A program made the translations under genes and the position numbers. Positions 14,201 to 26,000 of a stretch of 64,000 nt of DNA are shown piece after piece (the first letter of the stretch is position 1; the number at the start of each line of letters is the position of its first letter). The DNA is from Ascidiella aspersa (lineage: Eukaryota). A model generated the notes under the pieces. The model worked only from the letters and a program-made list of their open reading frames with translations. It made no database searches and was not told where the DNA came from. The stretch is taken from positions 31,682,001-31,746,000 of the forward strand of contig OZ004607.1 of the NCBI GenBank assembly GCA_963924565.1, in the 5' to 3' direction.

Positions 14201-14693
14201 AATTAAATACGCTTAGTAATTTTTTTTTTCTGGGGTGTTTTTTTTTCTGATTTCAAACCTAATTTTCACAAGAATTAACGAAAATTTTCCGTTTATAATA
14301 AAACAATTTTGATTGAATGGTTACAAATTTCATCCCGCTTACACAACATTTCCAGATCACTGCCGTAAAGCTGGATTTGAATAAGGTTTGTCATGTTATT
14401 TCGAAAATGATTACCATCTTTTATTTATAATATCTTATTTAAATGATTTATCCGATACGTTCAAAAAAATAAATTATTAATTTTTGTAGTTTTAAAACAA
14501 CATCCTTTTGCTTAAATGTGAACATCTGAAATAAATATCTTCATTGAAAGGTTGCCTTTAGGTTCTTGTTTACATAAATAGTTCACATATTTACAACATA
14601 AATACCAATAAAAGGCATTATTTTAAATTGTTAAAAGTTGGACTCACCGAAAAGAAGACAAGCCAAAAAGACGATGTTCTTCAAGAAAGCCAT
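2237..14693 (-). CDS. Small secreted mucin-like, probably GPI-anchored protein (CD24/CD52-like architecture), 106 aa, 2 coding exons (14648-14693 + 2237-2511)
   Basis: Exon 1 MAFLKNIVFLACLLF-G|gtgagt (phase 1) joins in frame to ttttgcag|TC exon 2, giving MAFLKNIVFLACLLFVAVSLAGA-QTTNATTT...(ATPA)3...TSAASTVFPLLVACVGTALAGLLNLR*. It has a signal peptide, an N-glycan site (NAT), a Thr/Ser/Ala-rich core, then small residues and a hydrophobic tail. The join across 12.1 kb is inferred from phase and signal-peptide continuity. Confidence 0.75.
7517..7811. mobile_element. Non-autonomous hAT-type MITE
   Basis: TIRs CAGGGGTTCTT...AAGAATCCCTG; flanking 8-mers ccctagag / acctatag (6/8 match). Confidence 0.65.
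10941..11180. repeat. Diverged ~120-bp tandem duplication; each copy has a kappaB-type site GGAATTTCCC (10993-11002, 11116-11125)
   Basis: The two units align directly: attttcg..ggacag.cgga.actttgctgtt.ccta..ggaatttccca..ttggatt.aat.cacgggccct. Confidence 0.75.
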
Positions 14694-16352
14694 TGAGTCT
14701 GCTTTGTTTTTTTTTCACGTAAGTACTTAAAACGAAAATGCTGGACAGGTAACTTTCTGAATAGAATTCGTCGAAAAACTTTTCTTAATCACTGCTTAAA
14801 AATATCTGAAAAGGCGGAGAAACTTTCGAGGATCCGATCCGTAGCGTCGTGGTCGTGAAACTGTGCCGCCGTGAGGAAGAAACCAGCAGTTTAGCAACGC
14901 CCAATCCGCCTCTCCCTTTTTCCTTTTTTTTCTATCTCCATTCGTGAGCGAGTCCCGTGATGTCGAGAGCGTTTTTTTTTTCTTCTATACAGTCTTTTGT
15001 ACGTTGCATTTCATTGCCGTGACGCAGACTTTGCTGTTCGAATATAGGTATTGCGAAACGGTTGCCATGCGATTTTTTTCTCTTTTTTTCACGCTCGGTC
15101 TTTTTATTAAAGCTGCTGGCCGCTGCCGTGTTTTGACGACTGCGCAGGACTCGCTTTTACGCATATATTGGCCTATTCGCGATATCGCCTAATTGCGTCA
15201 GCAGCGTTAACGTCCGGGCGAATCTTGTTTACCGCGACGAACGTTCGCCGATTTCTGGAAATACTGCGACCAACAGTGGTACCTTTTACAGTCGATTACG
15301 TATGGCGCGCAGAGGTTAATGAAAGAGTCACAGAAACGCACACTGTACTGAGTCAGATGGATTTGTAGGTGTTTCCTAAAATAGCATTTTTCCAACCGAT
15401 TCTTACTGCTCATTATGAATAAATTAGGTGTTCCAGGCTATTTATTGCTGTCTTGGCAAATTTAATTTGCTCCTACAATATTTACAATATTAATCAAAAT
15501 AAAATTAAAACTTTCATCGGTTTTTCATGCAAAAGGAAATATCTTTGGATTGAAAAAAAAGCTGCGCGTTTTTTGGTCTAAAACAAAACATGAACCGAAA
15601 CAGCCGTGGGCTAGCTATCGAAGGAAGGTCTATGGCAGCTTTTATAAGGAAACAGCATGTGGTCATGATAAAACGCTCAAGAATTCAATCACAAAGACTT
15701 AACAACTAACCTCCCCAGCACTCAGGCTGACAATATTAATCCCCCATGTATGATCGGCTGCTTGATTCGGGTTGTACACGTGGTAAAAAGGTTTAGGCCG
15801 AATATCAGTACCTGTTTGTATCACGGGACGCAAAGTGGAAAATACCGGATTCCGGCCGCGACATTACGGAAACACTTCTGGGTGTAAATCTGTCGCCCGG
15901 CAACTAGCTTGAGTGGGGAACCTGCTATGCCAAACACGACTAGATGGTGGTTATCGTTATGTGGATATAAATACTTAACCGCGGGGGCTTCTTGGTGGCC
16001 TTATGTATGTCCTTATGAATTGAAACGCAACGCAGCGGCCTTAGGTATTGAAACGCAAAGATAAGGATGTTTTTCATTAAATTTTTTAACTATTAATGAG
16101 CAACATATACCCACTGCTTCTTTTAAAGAGAAAATTTCCAAGCAATACTATTTCGAAAACGTTGTCGGCAACTTTTTACGTGTGATTTAATTAAAAAAAC
16201 AATATTTCACAACAATACTGATGCAGACAATTATCAGTTAACTGTTTAAACCAAATTCCAACAAGGCACAAATAAAAAAAAACAAAAAATTGCGACTTGG
16301 AAATGTTAATACCAAACCAATACCAATTTGGGGACATTGTTGGGTATTCACG

Positions 16353-16418
16353 GTTGGGATAAAAATATTCATATTCATCGTTGGGATAAAAATATTCATA
16401 TTCATCGTTGGGATAAAA
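16353..16418. repeat. 27-bp tandem repeat, ~2.4 copies (gttgggataaaaatattcatattcatc)
   Basis: Exact head-to-tail copies with no spacers. Confidence 0.9.
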
Positions 16419-16889
16419 TTGTCCAAACCGAAGTCCAACAATTCGCAACAGTATTGGAGTTGCCAGCAAGCAAGCAAGCATCCACCTTTAAGGAGCGTGC
16501 GCTTACTATTAGCGCTCGATGCACATTACGTCACTTTCCCTGAATTCGCCCGGGGCTAACTTATAGCCTGGCGAAGTGCGTTTGTCGAAGAGCGACTCGG
16601 CTAATTGTGTGCACAGAGCGCGTCCGGGAAAGTTTGTGTTTGCCCTGCACTGACACAAGAGCAACAATCGGTCCCGCCATCAGGACCAAAACGACCCACT
16701 ATCAGCTTTGTGTAGGTTTTTTCGCTCATTGTCCGCCATATTGCACAATAACACGTCAGTTCTGCCTCCTGCACTTACGCCGTTCGGCGCTAACAGCTTT
16801 TCTGCATCAAGTTTAACCGGTCGTGTTTTTTTTTATTTGAATTAAAATTGCTATCGAGCGTGTTTTTTTAACAATTTTATTTTAAAAAT

Positions 16890-17373
16890 GCTTGAGTCAG
16901 AATTAAGTCATTTGCAGAACTACTCAAGTTCCAAACAAAGTCATTAACAGCAAATAGAGAAAAAGTCCTTGTTCTAGTAATTAATTACTAAATTCAAGTT
17001 CCAGTCAAGTTATTGCCATAAAAACAGGTCTAAAACACGTAATCGGCATAAAAAAAAACAAAATGTTAAAGTACCTTAAAATTTGTAAACACGTTTCATT
17101 TTGAGCAATGTTTTGCATATAGCAAACATAAAAATCGACAAAAAAGGAACTTAACCTTTATACATTTAATTATGACATAATTGCTGTATAAATAATATAA
17201 TTCTACCTAACTATATATTTACATAAAGCACTTAAATATAATTCAATTCAATTTCGTATAATACGTAAGTCAAGTCACAAATTTTTGCCCAAAAGACTTA
17301 GTCAAGTCAAGTCATTTGAAAACAATGACTTTTACATTTAAGTCAAGTCTTAATTTAAATCAGTACAACACTG
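16890..17373. mobile_element. Dispersed CAAGT(C)-rich repeat family, probable MITE
   Basis: Clusters of caagtcaagtc; ends in tacaacactg, the inverse of cagtgttgta that starts the 47842 copy. Confidence 0.55.
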
Positions 17374-19934
17374 CTATTCACCTGCTTGGTAAATAGAAAA
17401 GAACATTTAACAATGAAAAGGCTATACTAGATTTGAAACATGTAATTTAGTAGCACTTGAACAAGCTAGTGTTTACAGTTAATTAGCCCATAAATAGCCT
17501 AATCCGACAAAGTAAAGCGAAATCTTGCGTTAAATCTATAATCGTACATCCGATGGCTCACGCTGATCGGACTTGGGGTATTACATAATTAACTTTTGGA
17601 AAGCTATTTAATTGCCTTCTTGAGAAGTTGTCAGGATTAGCCATAATTATTAAAGGTCATAGATTACAAGTATTAGCTTGTTGTACTCTCAGCCTAATTA
17701 ACATTCAAGGTACAATTGTACAACGTATACAAAATATGGAAGCGAATTTAAACGGTTGCGAACTGAACAAGGATGCGTTACTGTAGGCTACGCAGTTATT
17801 GTGATCGTTTTGTTGTTATTCAATTATGTCTAACATTTCACTGTTTCTTTTAAATTCTTTTTACTGGTATAGAACTTGAGTTTGTAAGAAGGTTCAATAA
17901 TTACGCAACCAAGTTTTTCATCTCTGCAAAAGTCCCGTGTTTGGTTTAATGTGAGGAGAAAATCAACTTTCATTGCACAACAGTTAAGAAAGCAAACTGG
18001 GCGTCGTTGGTAAACATGAAAAACACACGGGAGATCCACGATTATCTTGGCCGACTTTTCACAAAATGTCAATTACAACTATACGCCAAGGTAACTGAAT
18101 ATACAAATTTTTTGGATAACCTTTTGTTTTAATAAAGGTTGTTACAAAAACTTGGATGTCGGTTCTAAAGCTATTTTTATAAAATTTTGGTTAAAAAGTA
18201 AATGGTAAAAAATACCAACTAAAAGGAAAATAAGATTAGATTTCCCAATTAAAGAACCGTTCATGCCTATTTAGTAATTGTCACAGGACAATGATTCACT
18301 ATATTCCACGATACATTTATTGCTGGTGTACACAATTCAATTTCGTGCGATGACTGTAGTTTTTCTTCTTTATTTAGTTTTAAACAGGAGTCCAAACCAA
18401 CAGTTACAATACCATTAAGTTCCGCTTTCGCGTGAGTATAGTGGAATTTCTTTTAAGATACCCCAGTGTTCCTATGTAATCGCTCGGTAAATTTCCGTCT
18501 ACATGTGATCAAGTTTATTTTGCCAAAAACAAGCATTACCAAAGAGTCAGGCGGCACATTGCAAAGAATGCGAAACTTATTTAGCCTACGGTGATGCACG
18601 GTTCCTTCAGAGATAATAAAGCATTGGCGGCGCTGAAATAAGCACAGGCCTGTTCTCCAATTTATAGGAGGAACGTGTTTGCCCAGAGGGGCAGTGTGTG
18701 CCAGTCGATGACGGTTCGAAGGTGGAAGATGTTTGCCTGATATACATCTACCGAGTTCGTGCTGATGCATCACACTTTGAAATCGTGTCATTTCTATTTT
18801 TACAAATGTTTTTCGGGTGTTCGACATGTGCACCACAAGTTCTCATCGACTTATTTGATTTCCAACAGCAAAATCGCTAAACCATGTTGGCAATATGCTT
18901 TTTCAAACTTTCTTTTACGGCCCTGCATACTATCTGGCTTTGTAGAAAAATTAATTTAGTTAAATTTACTTATGTTAAACAAAACCTATAAATTGCACCC
19001 GAAAGCCACGCTCCAGCACCTACTGCAGATTTTAAAATCTAGTTATTTTAAAAGAGATAATATAACTTGCAGTTGCAAAAAAATAACGCTTATTTCATTC
19101 CCGAAGTGGCATCTCTGGAAAACTACAGCAAGGCTGGAAAGCTACTCGGGTACCCTCTAGTGGTTGTGCAACACATGTTGATTAAATAAAAACAAATGAT
19201 TAGTTTTTTATTAAAACAAGAAGTTGGTAACTGTACCAAAAAGGTACATTTGAGCCGACCTAACCTATTACTACATGAAAATAGAGCTTTAATGATTGAT
19301 GAGTTTTTACCTCATATTCAGCAAAAGTAACAGTTAAAAGGGCACTTAAACAAAGAAAAAGGATACATTCACACAATAAATAGTTGGTATTTTTCTTAAA
19401 AATCTGTTAAAAAATTAGGAAAAAACACACTTTGCGAAAAAAATGGCATTTGAGTATTTTTCAGTTCCTCGGAGATCTATTGCTTTTAAAAACGGAGATA
19501 CAGTATGGTAGTCCTAGGTTTAAGCCGCGTTACTTTGGTGTGAAACTGTAGTCGCTCTCAACGACTTTTCTGAACTCTTTCAACGACGGCAATATACTGA
19601 CTTACGAGCAAACTCTCTGTTTGCTCAAATTTTTACGTTTAATCTTTCGAATATACAGCATGATGGATTCCAAAGTGGAATTTATAGGCTGGGAGAAGAA
19701 AATGCGAAAGTGTAGTTTCGCCAGCTCGGAACTCCCCGCCTGCCGTGACTAGGATGCCAAAAATAAACGCGGAAAGTCATTGTGCAAACGATTGGTGTTT
19801 GACAAACGCCAAGGAAGAAATATACGCCCCCCCACATAGTCGCCGGTTACCCAACATAACAATGTTTAAGTCCGCATAGTTTGACCCTCGTTAAAGCCTG
19901 AAGCGGCTGTGGAATTTGTTTTGAACGTTTAAAC

Positions 19935-20349
19935 CAGGGGTCGGCAACCTACGGCCCGCCGCCTCTTTGAAAAAATAGACAAGAGTCCATTTCACATATT
20001 TTTTGACTACTTTAACCACCGGGACGTAATTGCGAAAAATTTGCGCTTCGCGCGAATGATCATTCTACGTCTGGTTTGTTTACGTTTTAATGCTGCTTTT
20101 TCAACTACATCAGAGATTATTTACCGTTGCGCCGTGGAAAGGCTTTTTTGCGCTTTGCGCCAACACTTTACTGCGTCTGTAAATGTAATTAAACACGTTA
20201 TCAAGTGCACAAAATACCCATGGCCCGCCTGATTCACAGTTGTTTTAACATTTTCATAACAAAATTCTTAGCTAACATTTTGTGCGGCTCGCAGAGACCT
20301 TTCTAAGTTTGGTTTTGGCCCGCGACTAGAAAAAGGCTGCCGACCCCTG
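19935..20349. mobile_element. Non-autonomous hAT (Charlie-like) MITE, 415 bp
   Basis: TIR CAGGGGTCGGCAACCT / AGGCTGCCGACCCCTG; perfect 8-bp TSD gtttaaac (19927-19934, 20350-20357). Confidence 0.9.
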
Positions 20350-21537
20350 GTTTAAACACAGTTTAAGGGTTAGAAAAATTCTTGGCAAATTATTCAAAGA
20401 GAAATTGTGTATTCAAACGATTTAAACATATAGTTGTCATATTTAGTATATATTTTAGTCTTTAGGCCGAGCATTTTTTTTATTTAAGAGAAAAAACTTT
20501 GTCTGGTGTCAAATAACCACACCACTCTGTGTTTAAATCGGCCTCAATGTTTTCATGTTACGATAAATTTCCAAACTGTTCCTTGTTGTGCAATGACTAT
20601 ATCCAATCAAATATGTAGCAAACAACCTTAATAGTCCAGACGGACAATGCGATATTTGTTTTTTACAATATAATCCAAACTGTTTAGCCCAAGGGAATTT
20701 GAAAAGCAGGTACTTAAGTTGATTTGTTTTCACTAAATAAATTTAAGATTTTTCGGTCGCACAAATGTCCTCTGTGGATTCTCGGTGTGTAGCCTAGCTG
20801 ACTAACCTCCAGACAAAAAACATTATCGCTTATCATTTCTTGAGAACCATACTGTTCGCGAACTCTTTTACAAGATGGGCAAGATACTTTTTCCATATTT
20901 TTTTGCTTTTTTATCAATAGGCTACGCAAATAAAACGTTTTTTACGCTTGGCGCAAAGTTTTTTTTTATTTTCGATGCACCTATTATATGTGCATTTAGA
21001 GAAAATGTTTTAGCTTAAAGACCCCATGCATACGTTGAAACTACTAACAATGGTTTTCGCCAAACTTGGTATATCTGAGTGCATTGCGCTTCAAACAAAT
21101 TGATTGTAACTTTTCATTGAACGTTATTAGTTTAACGGCCTTATTGAAATTACATAATACACTAGTTTAACGATTGAATTCAGCACAGCGTTTAGTTAAA
21201 TCCTTTTTATTATGATTACGTTAAGTAGATTCAAATTTTCACGCATTTTTACGCGCTTTTTGCGAACACTTTATTCCTTTATTTATGGAATTTTTTTTCC
21301 CTTTTTTTATTTTTCCCGTCCAAAAAATTAAACCTTTGGATACAAAAACTTATTTCAGTCGTGAATTGTTTGAGATTGGGGGCTGGCTCTTTACTGACCC
21401 CTAGCGACAATCGCCTTGATGACTAATTTTTTAAGTCGAACGTCAAAAGCAGCACAAAATATTAGATGGACAAAAACTGTACTTACTCATTACTGGTGTC
21501 AAAGATATATCTAAAAGTTAAAGACTAAAATCTTGTG

Positions 21538-21631
21538 GACCCGGAGCTGGACCATTTGAGCCGAGCTAGCTTGTGGGGAGCCTCTACCGAGATTAAATGA
21601 GAACTGGCTCGCTTCCGTGGGCGCTGATCGG
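21538..21631 (-). pseudogene. Degenerate partial duplicate of the last exon of the SIX6OS1-like gene (copy of 23059-23151)
   Basis: gacccggagctggac...gagctagcttgtgggg...agattaaa.gagaac...ggcgctgat.gg aligns with substitutions and a 1-nt insertion. Confidence 0.8.
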
Positions 21632-21668
21632 ACGGTTTAGTTTATAACATACTTATTATATTCTAGTC

Positions 21669-21987
21669 CAGTGATTCGTAAACTGTGTGCCGCGACACAC
21701 TGGTGTGCCTCGAGAAATTGTCAAAGTGTGCCGCGGAACTTTTTGTTATTTTGAAAATAAGATATTTGTATTACCAATGGGCTTACAAGGCAAGCATTTT
21801 ACACTTAAAATACGCACTATCCTTTACAAATTAGTAATATTGAGACATTCACATATAGTGTGTCGTGTGTTAAGGGCGATTGTAAAATTACTCTATCGTT
21901 GTTCTGTTAGAAGTTCTACTCCATACAAAACTAAAAATCTTTTTAGGATGGTGTTTCTGTGGTAAAGTTTTATTGCGACACACCGCT
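21669..21987. mobile_element. Degenerate hAT-type MITE
   Basis: Left end cagtgattcgtaaactgtgtgccgcgacacactggtgtgcc is typical of Charlie-like non-autonomous elements; right end degenerate. Confidence 0.5.
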
Positions 21988-22094
21988 GCTTCTTACTGAC
22001 GTAAAATACAAACGATTGACTTGTGGCAAATCAAACAGGATGAAAAAAAGCGTCTTTACGGAGCATATAATGGTTTCTCATACCAATGTCTTAC

Positions 22095-22586
22095 TCCGTC
22101 ACACACAATGAAAGACACACACAAACATATGTGTTTAATAACATCTGTTATCTAGCCCCTCGGAAGTTGCTTTATGACCAACGATTACGGCTTCCGTATC
22201 AATAGTACACCAAAAAGCCATCGCAGACTCGCCGAATCTGTCGATCTATGATGCAAGCAGAGCAACCCAGAAAAACAACTGGCCTGCAGTGAGGTTCGAA
22301 CTCACGACCTCCGGTCAAGTCGGGACCGTCGCTCTACCAACTGAGCTATGCAGGCTCAGAGAGGAGCGAGTCGAGAAACAACCATGCGACAATACTTGCA
22401 CATTTTGTTAGTACAAGCAACTTCACTCTGGGGGATCATCAGTCCGTATCAATCAATGAAAGACACACACAAACATATGTGTTTAATAACATCTGTGATC
22501 TAGCCCCTCGGAAGTTGCTTTATGACCAACGATTACGGCTTCCGTATCAATAGTACACCGAAAAGCCATCACCGTCCGTCATACAC
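22095..22586. mobile_element. Composite element: 117-bp direct repeats (22106-22222, 22454-22570) enclosing a tRNA-like gene
   Basis: The repeats differ at only 2 positions; flanks tccgtcacacac / tccgtcatacac resemble a TSD; family fragments at ~260-340 and ~2540-2690. Confidence 0.7.
22281..22355 (-). tRNA. tRNA-like Pol III gene or pseudo-tRNA (loop CCGACTT, nominal anticodon GAC/Val, non-canonical)
   Basis: GCCTGCA-TA-GCTCAGTTGGTAGAGC-GA-CGGTC CCGACTT GACCG-GAGGTC-GTGAG TTCGAAC CTCAC-TGCAGGC-C. Acceptor, D and T stems are perfect, A and B boxes are intact and TTTTT follows a few nt downstream. It is 2 nt longer than standard and lacks U33 and purine 37. Confidence 0.7.
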
Positions 22587-23024
22587 ACGTACACCTGGCA
22601 TTTTCGTTAACCCTTACTAACCCTTACTTGGCACTTTGGTGCTGATTTAAAGCACATTGATAAAACGCACCTAAACAGATTTGTAGCAATTGTTTATTTA
22701 AAATAAAACAACAAACATAAAAAAATAACTCCAAAGCAGTTAGAAGAAGTTAACTATTGTTGTTGTCGCGAAAAGAAAGCACAGGTCGCACGGCATAACA
22801 CATACAAGAATGTCTGAAAATTTTAAAGAAAAAAAAAACATAAAAACGGCTAACTTACAAGAGAAACAAAAACAAATTTAGCGAACTAACACTAAATACC
22901 TAAAAATTATTTAAATCTCAAAAGCAGAAAAATCAAACACAATAAACTTTGAAGTCAGGTTCTCCAATTGTAGCTTGTCTAATTTCCACTTCCAAGACCA
23001 ATAACTTGAAATCGTTGCCGAGGC

Positions 23025-26000
23025 TTACTTTCCGCAACCGAATATAGAAGAGAAAAGCGACCCGGAGCTGGACGATTGACCCGAGCTAGCTTGTGGGGCG
23101 CCTTCGCCTAGATTAAACGAGAACGGACTCGTTTCGGCAGGCGCTGATTGGCTGGTGTCAGAGGCTCCGCCAAAACTGAACGAAAATCCCGACAAGCCTT
23201 GATCTGGCGGCGACTCAGGGCCGAAATTAAAGGGGAACATGGAGGTCGATTGGCCGCTGCCGGAAGCCGACGCTTGACGCTGTTTATTGCTACTGTTGCT
23301 GGCGAAGGCGTTCATTGCGAAAGGCGAGGCGGCGTTTGTGGACGGGGAGCTGCTGTCTGCGAAATAACGGACGTAAATTTTGTACAGTTTCATTATTTGT
23401 TGAACATTTTATTGTTTGCACCAGTAGATATAGATCTCATGAAGCTCTACCGATTAACCATATCGGCACACTCAGTACCAGTGTTATAAAGAATTAAGTA
23501 AATAACACTGAAATGCAAGTAACCGTTTTGAAGCGACAGTTTCTAAACAGCTGAAAAAAAATAGCCTTGTTTTTCGCCTGTGAAACATTTAGCAATATGC
23601 TACGTTTTGGTGTTGGCAATCAAACTATTGCTTTTGATTGAACGAGTTTAACATTTTTTTTTGATAAAAATGGTCTGACCTGGACTACACTAACAATGCT
23701 GACGGAATAGTATGTACAAATACAGTCCACGAGCTTTTATTTTAATTTTTTTTTAAAGAAAAAACACTAAAAAAATTAAAAAAGGTTGAAATTATATTGG
23801 TAGCTTTTAATTCACATACATTCAACGCCAGCTAAGTATTAGTGTGTAATAAAAAACAGGCGATTAAGTCGATTTAATTGACGAAGCTCAACACTTGAAA
23901 AAATACTTTTACCTTGTAAAATCATAATCCTTACCTTGCAAATTTCCAAACGTGAATCCCTCGAACGAGGGTGATTCCACAGATGAGGCAGGGCTACCCC
24001 CGAAAAATCCCCCGCTCACGGGCGGAGGGTGTTGGGGAGTTTTCATGACGGCATCACGGTGCCCGTGAGCACTTTCGTCGTGAAACCCGCTCGCGTTATG
24101 CGGTTTAACCGGCGACGAATTGGCTTCTTGGTCGCCCTAGAAAATAACAAAGAGATGAATATATAACATATATATTATGTTAAATGGAGTATATAGGCAG
24201 CGTGGTTCTAACTTTACTTGTGTTCCGCAGATAGGGTTTGTAGTCCGCTTTTTCAACACTGCTTAATGCCTTTTGTGTGTCAAAGAAAATAAATATTTTT
24301 AAAACAAGTACAGTATAGTCACTTATAGGACCAATTATAGTAAAAATGTAAAATACGTCCAAACATTTTGGGCAAAAAGAACCGAGATCCGAAAAATATA
24401 AATACTACGTTCAAATAACCAAAATAAATCAAAAAAATAAGTGAATTGGTAATACCTTTTTAAAACTGGTTTATCTTTCTGAATGTTATATTTTCTCAGA
24501 AATTTGCCTTTAAAGTAGAAAACTCGAAACGTGGCTTAAAAGGAGTTAGTATGTTTTCAGAGATATCACCCAAGTATCGTACGAGTAGCGATACTACTAC
24601 TTGACATCGGGTATCGGCTCCGATCCGATATTATCGGACATTTTTATAACTGACCTTAAATAAATAGTTGGTCGACATGACGAAGGAGTCGCCCGGTGAC
24701 ATAGTTGACCCGAACTCACCATTCATGTTGCCGTATTCATCCGGGCTTGTTTCGGCTGTTGCGCCCTTTTCTGCACAAACAGTATACGTTTTAAGCATGC
24801 AGGAAAATGCAAACGTTACAGAAAGTCTGGTAAGTTAAACACATTACTTTTTCTCAAAAATTAATGTTATGACTTCTGGGGGCATTTCTAAAGTAGTATG
24901 TGTTTGTAAATTACAACACATATCGGGAAAATACTATGAACACCGAGATACAGTTTAGGAATAAAAAATGCCAGAGACAGACAGTGAGTACTTAACATAC
25001 CCTCCGTATTCTCTCGGCCAGGCGTGCTTGGTAAAACTTTTTCCCCAGTTGAAGTATTTTCCTCGGCCTGCGAAAATGGCAATGACAATAACAGTTTTAT
25101 AAAACAGATTTGCCCTGCGCGAAATACAGTAAAAGCTAAGGAAATACTGCACTTGTTGGCAAAATTTGTATAAAATCGACATTAAACACAAGCCATAGAC
25201 ATAAATCTCAGTTTGTGTTATAAGCACGACGTGATTTTGGTTTATTACGTATTTTTCCCGTTGTTTCCGGGTTGTAAACCAACGGGGCAACATAAATACG
25301 GGAGAGTATATAAACTAAACAAGTGTTAGGAATTTTAGTTTCCTAACAGATTTTACTTACATCCTGCTGTAACCTTTCAGTAGACGTATGTAATTTTGGG
25401 AAGAATGAGGTAATGTGTGGAGTGGACTTTGTGTCCCGAATTTGCCGTTTTAAAACGAAAAACGGATGACAAGTCGCAAATTTCGATCGTATATAATACA
25501 AACAAAATCGTATGGTTAGACGAGTGGCTTTTACCGTGGATAAATACAATTTTAAGGAGTAATTTTGGCAAAAATGTGACAGGCCATATCTTTAACCCCT
25601 ACATAACAAGAGAGCATAATCAAGACCTTCGATTGTTTGAATGTGCAATTGTATATTGTGTATTATGGCTGCAAATAATAAAATCCTCTTTTAATGCCAC
25701 TTATGTAATAATTTAACACAAGTCACAACTTTCTATAGTTTTTAAAAGCGGGCAAGTGACCATAAAAACAACCACTGAATTAGACCATTACGATTATGAA
25801 ACGAAATAAACCAATTTAAAACATACATCGGAAGAAGGCATTGGAACTTGAAATTCGGGGCCGTCAAAAAGTCTCAGCATATTTCTGCCCTTATCTTGCG
25901 GTTGTTCGTTGATGTCCGCACAGTCTTCGGTGTCTATTTCCATTGACGCGCTGTTTTTTTTTGTTAAAATTAGATATCCGTTATAAACATGGCGCTTTTG

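Noticed and set aside
16353-16418. CRISPR-like short repeats and the YFYPNDEYE ORF
   Set aside because: Identical head-to-tail units with no spacers, in a eukaryotic context
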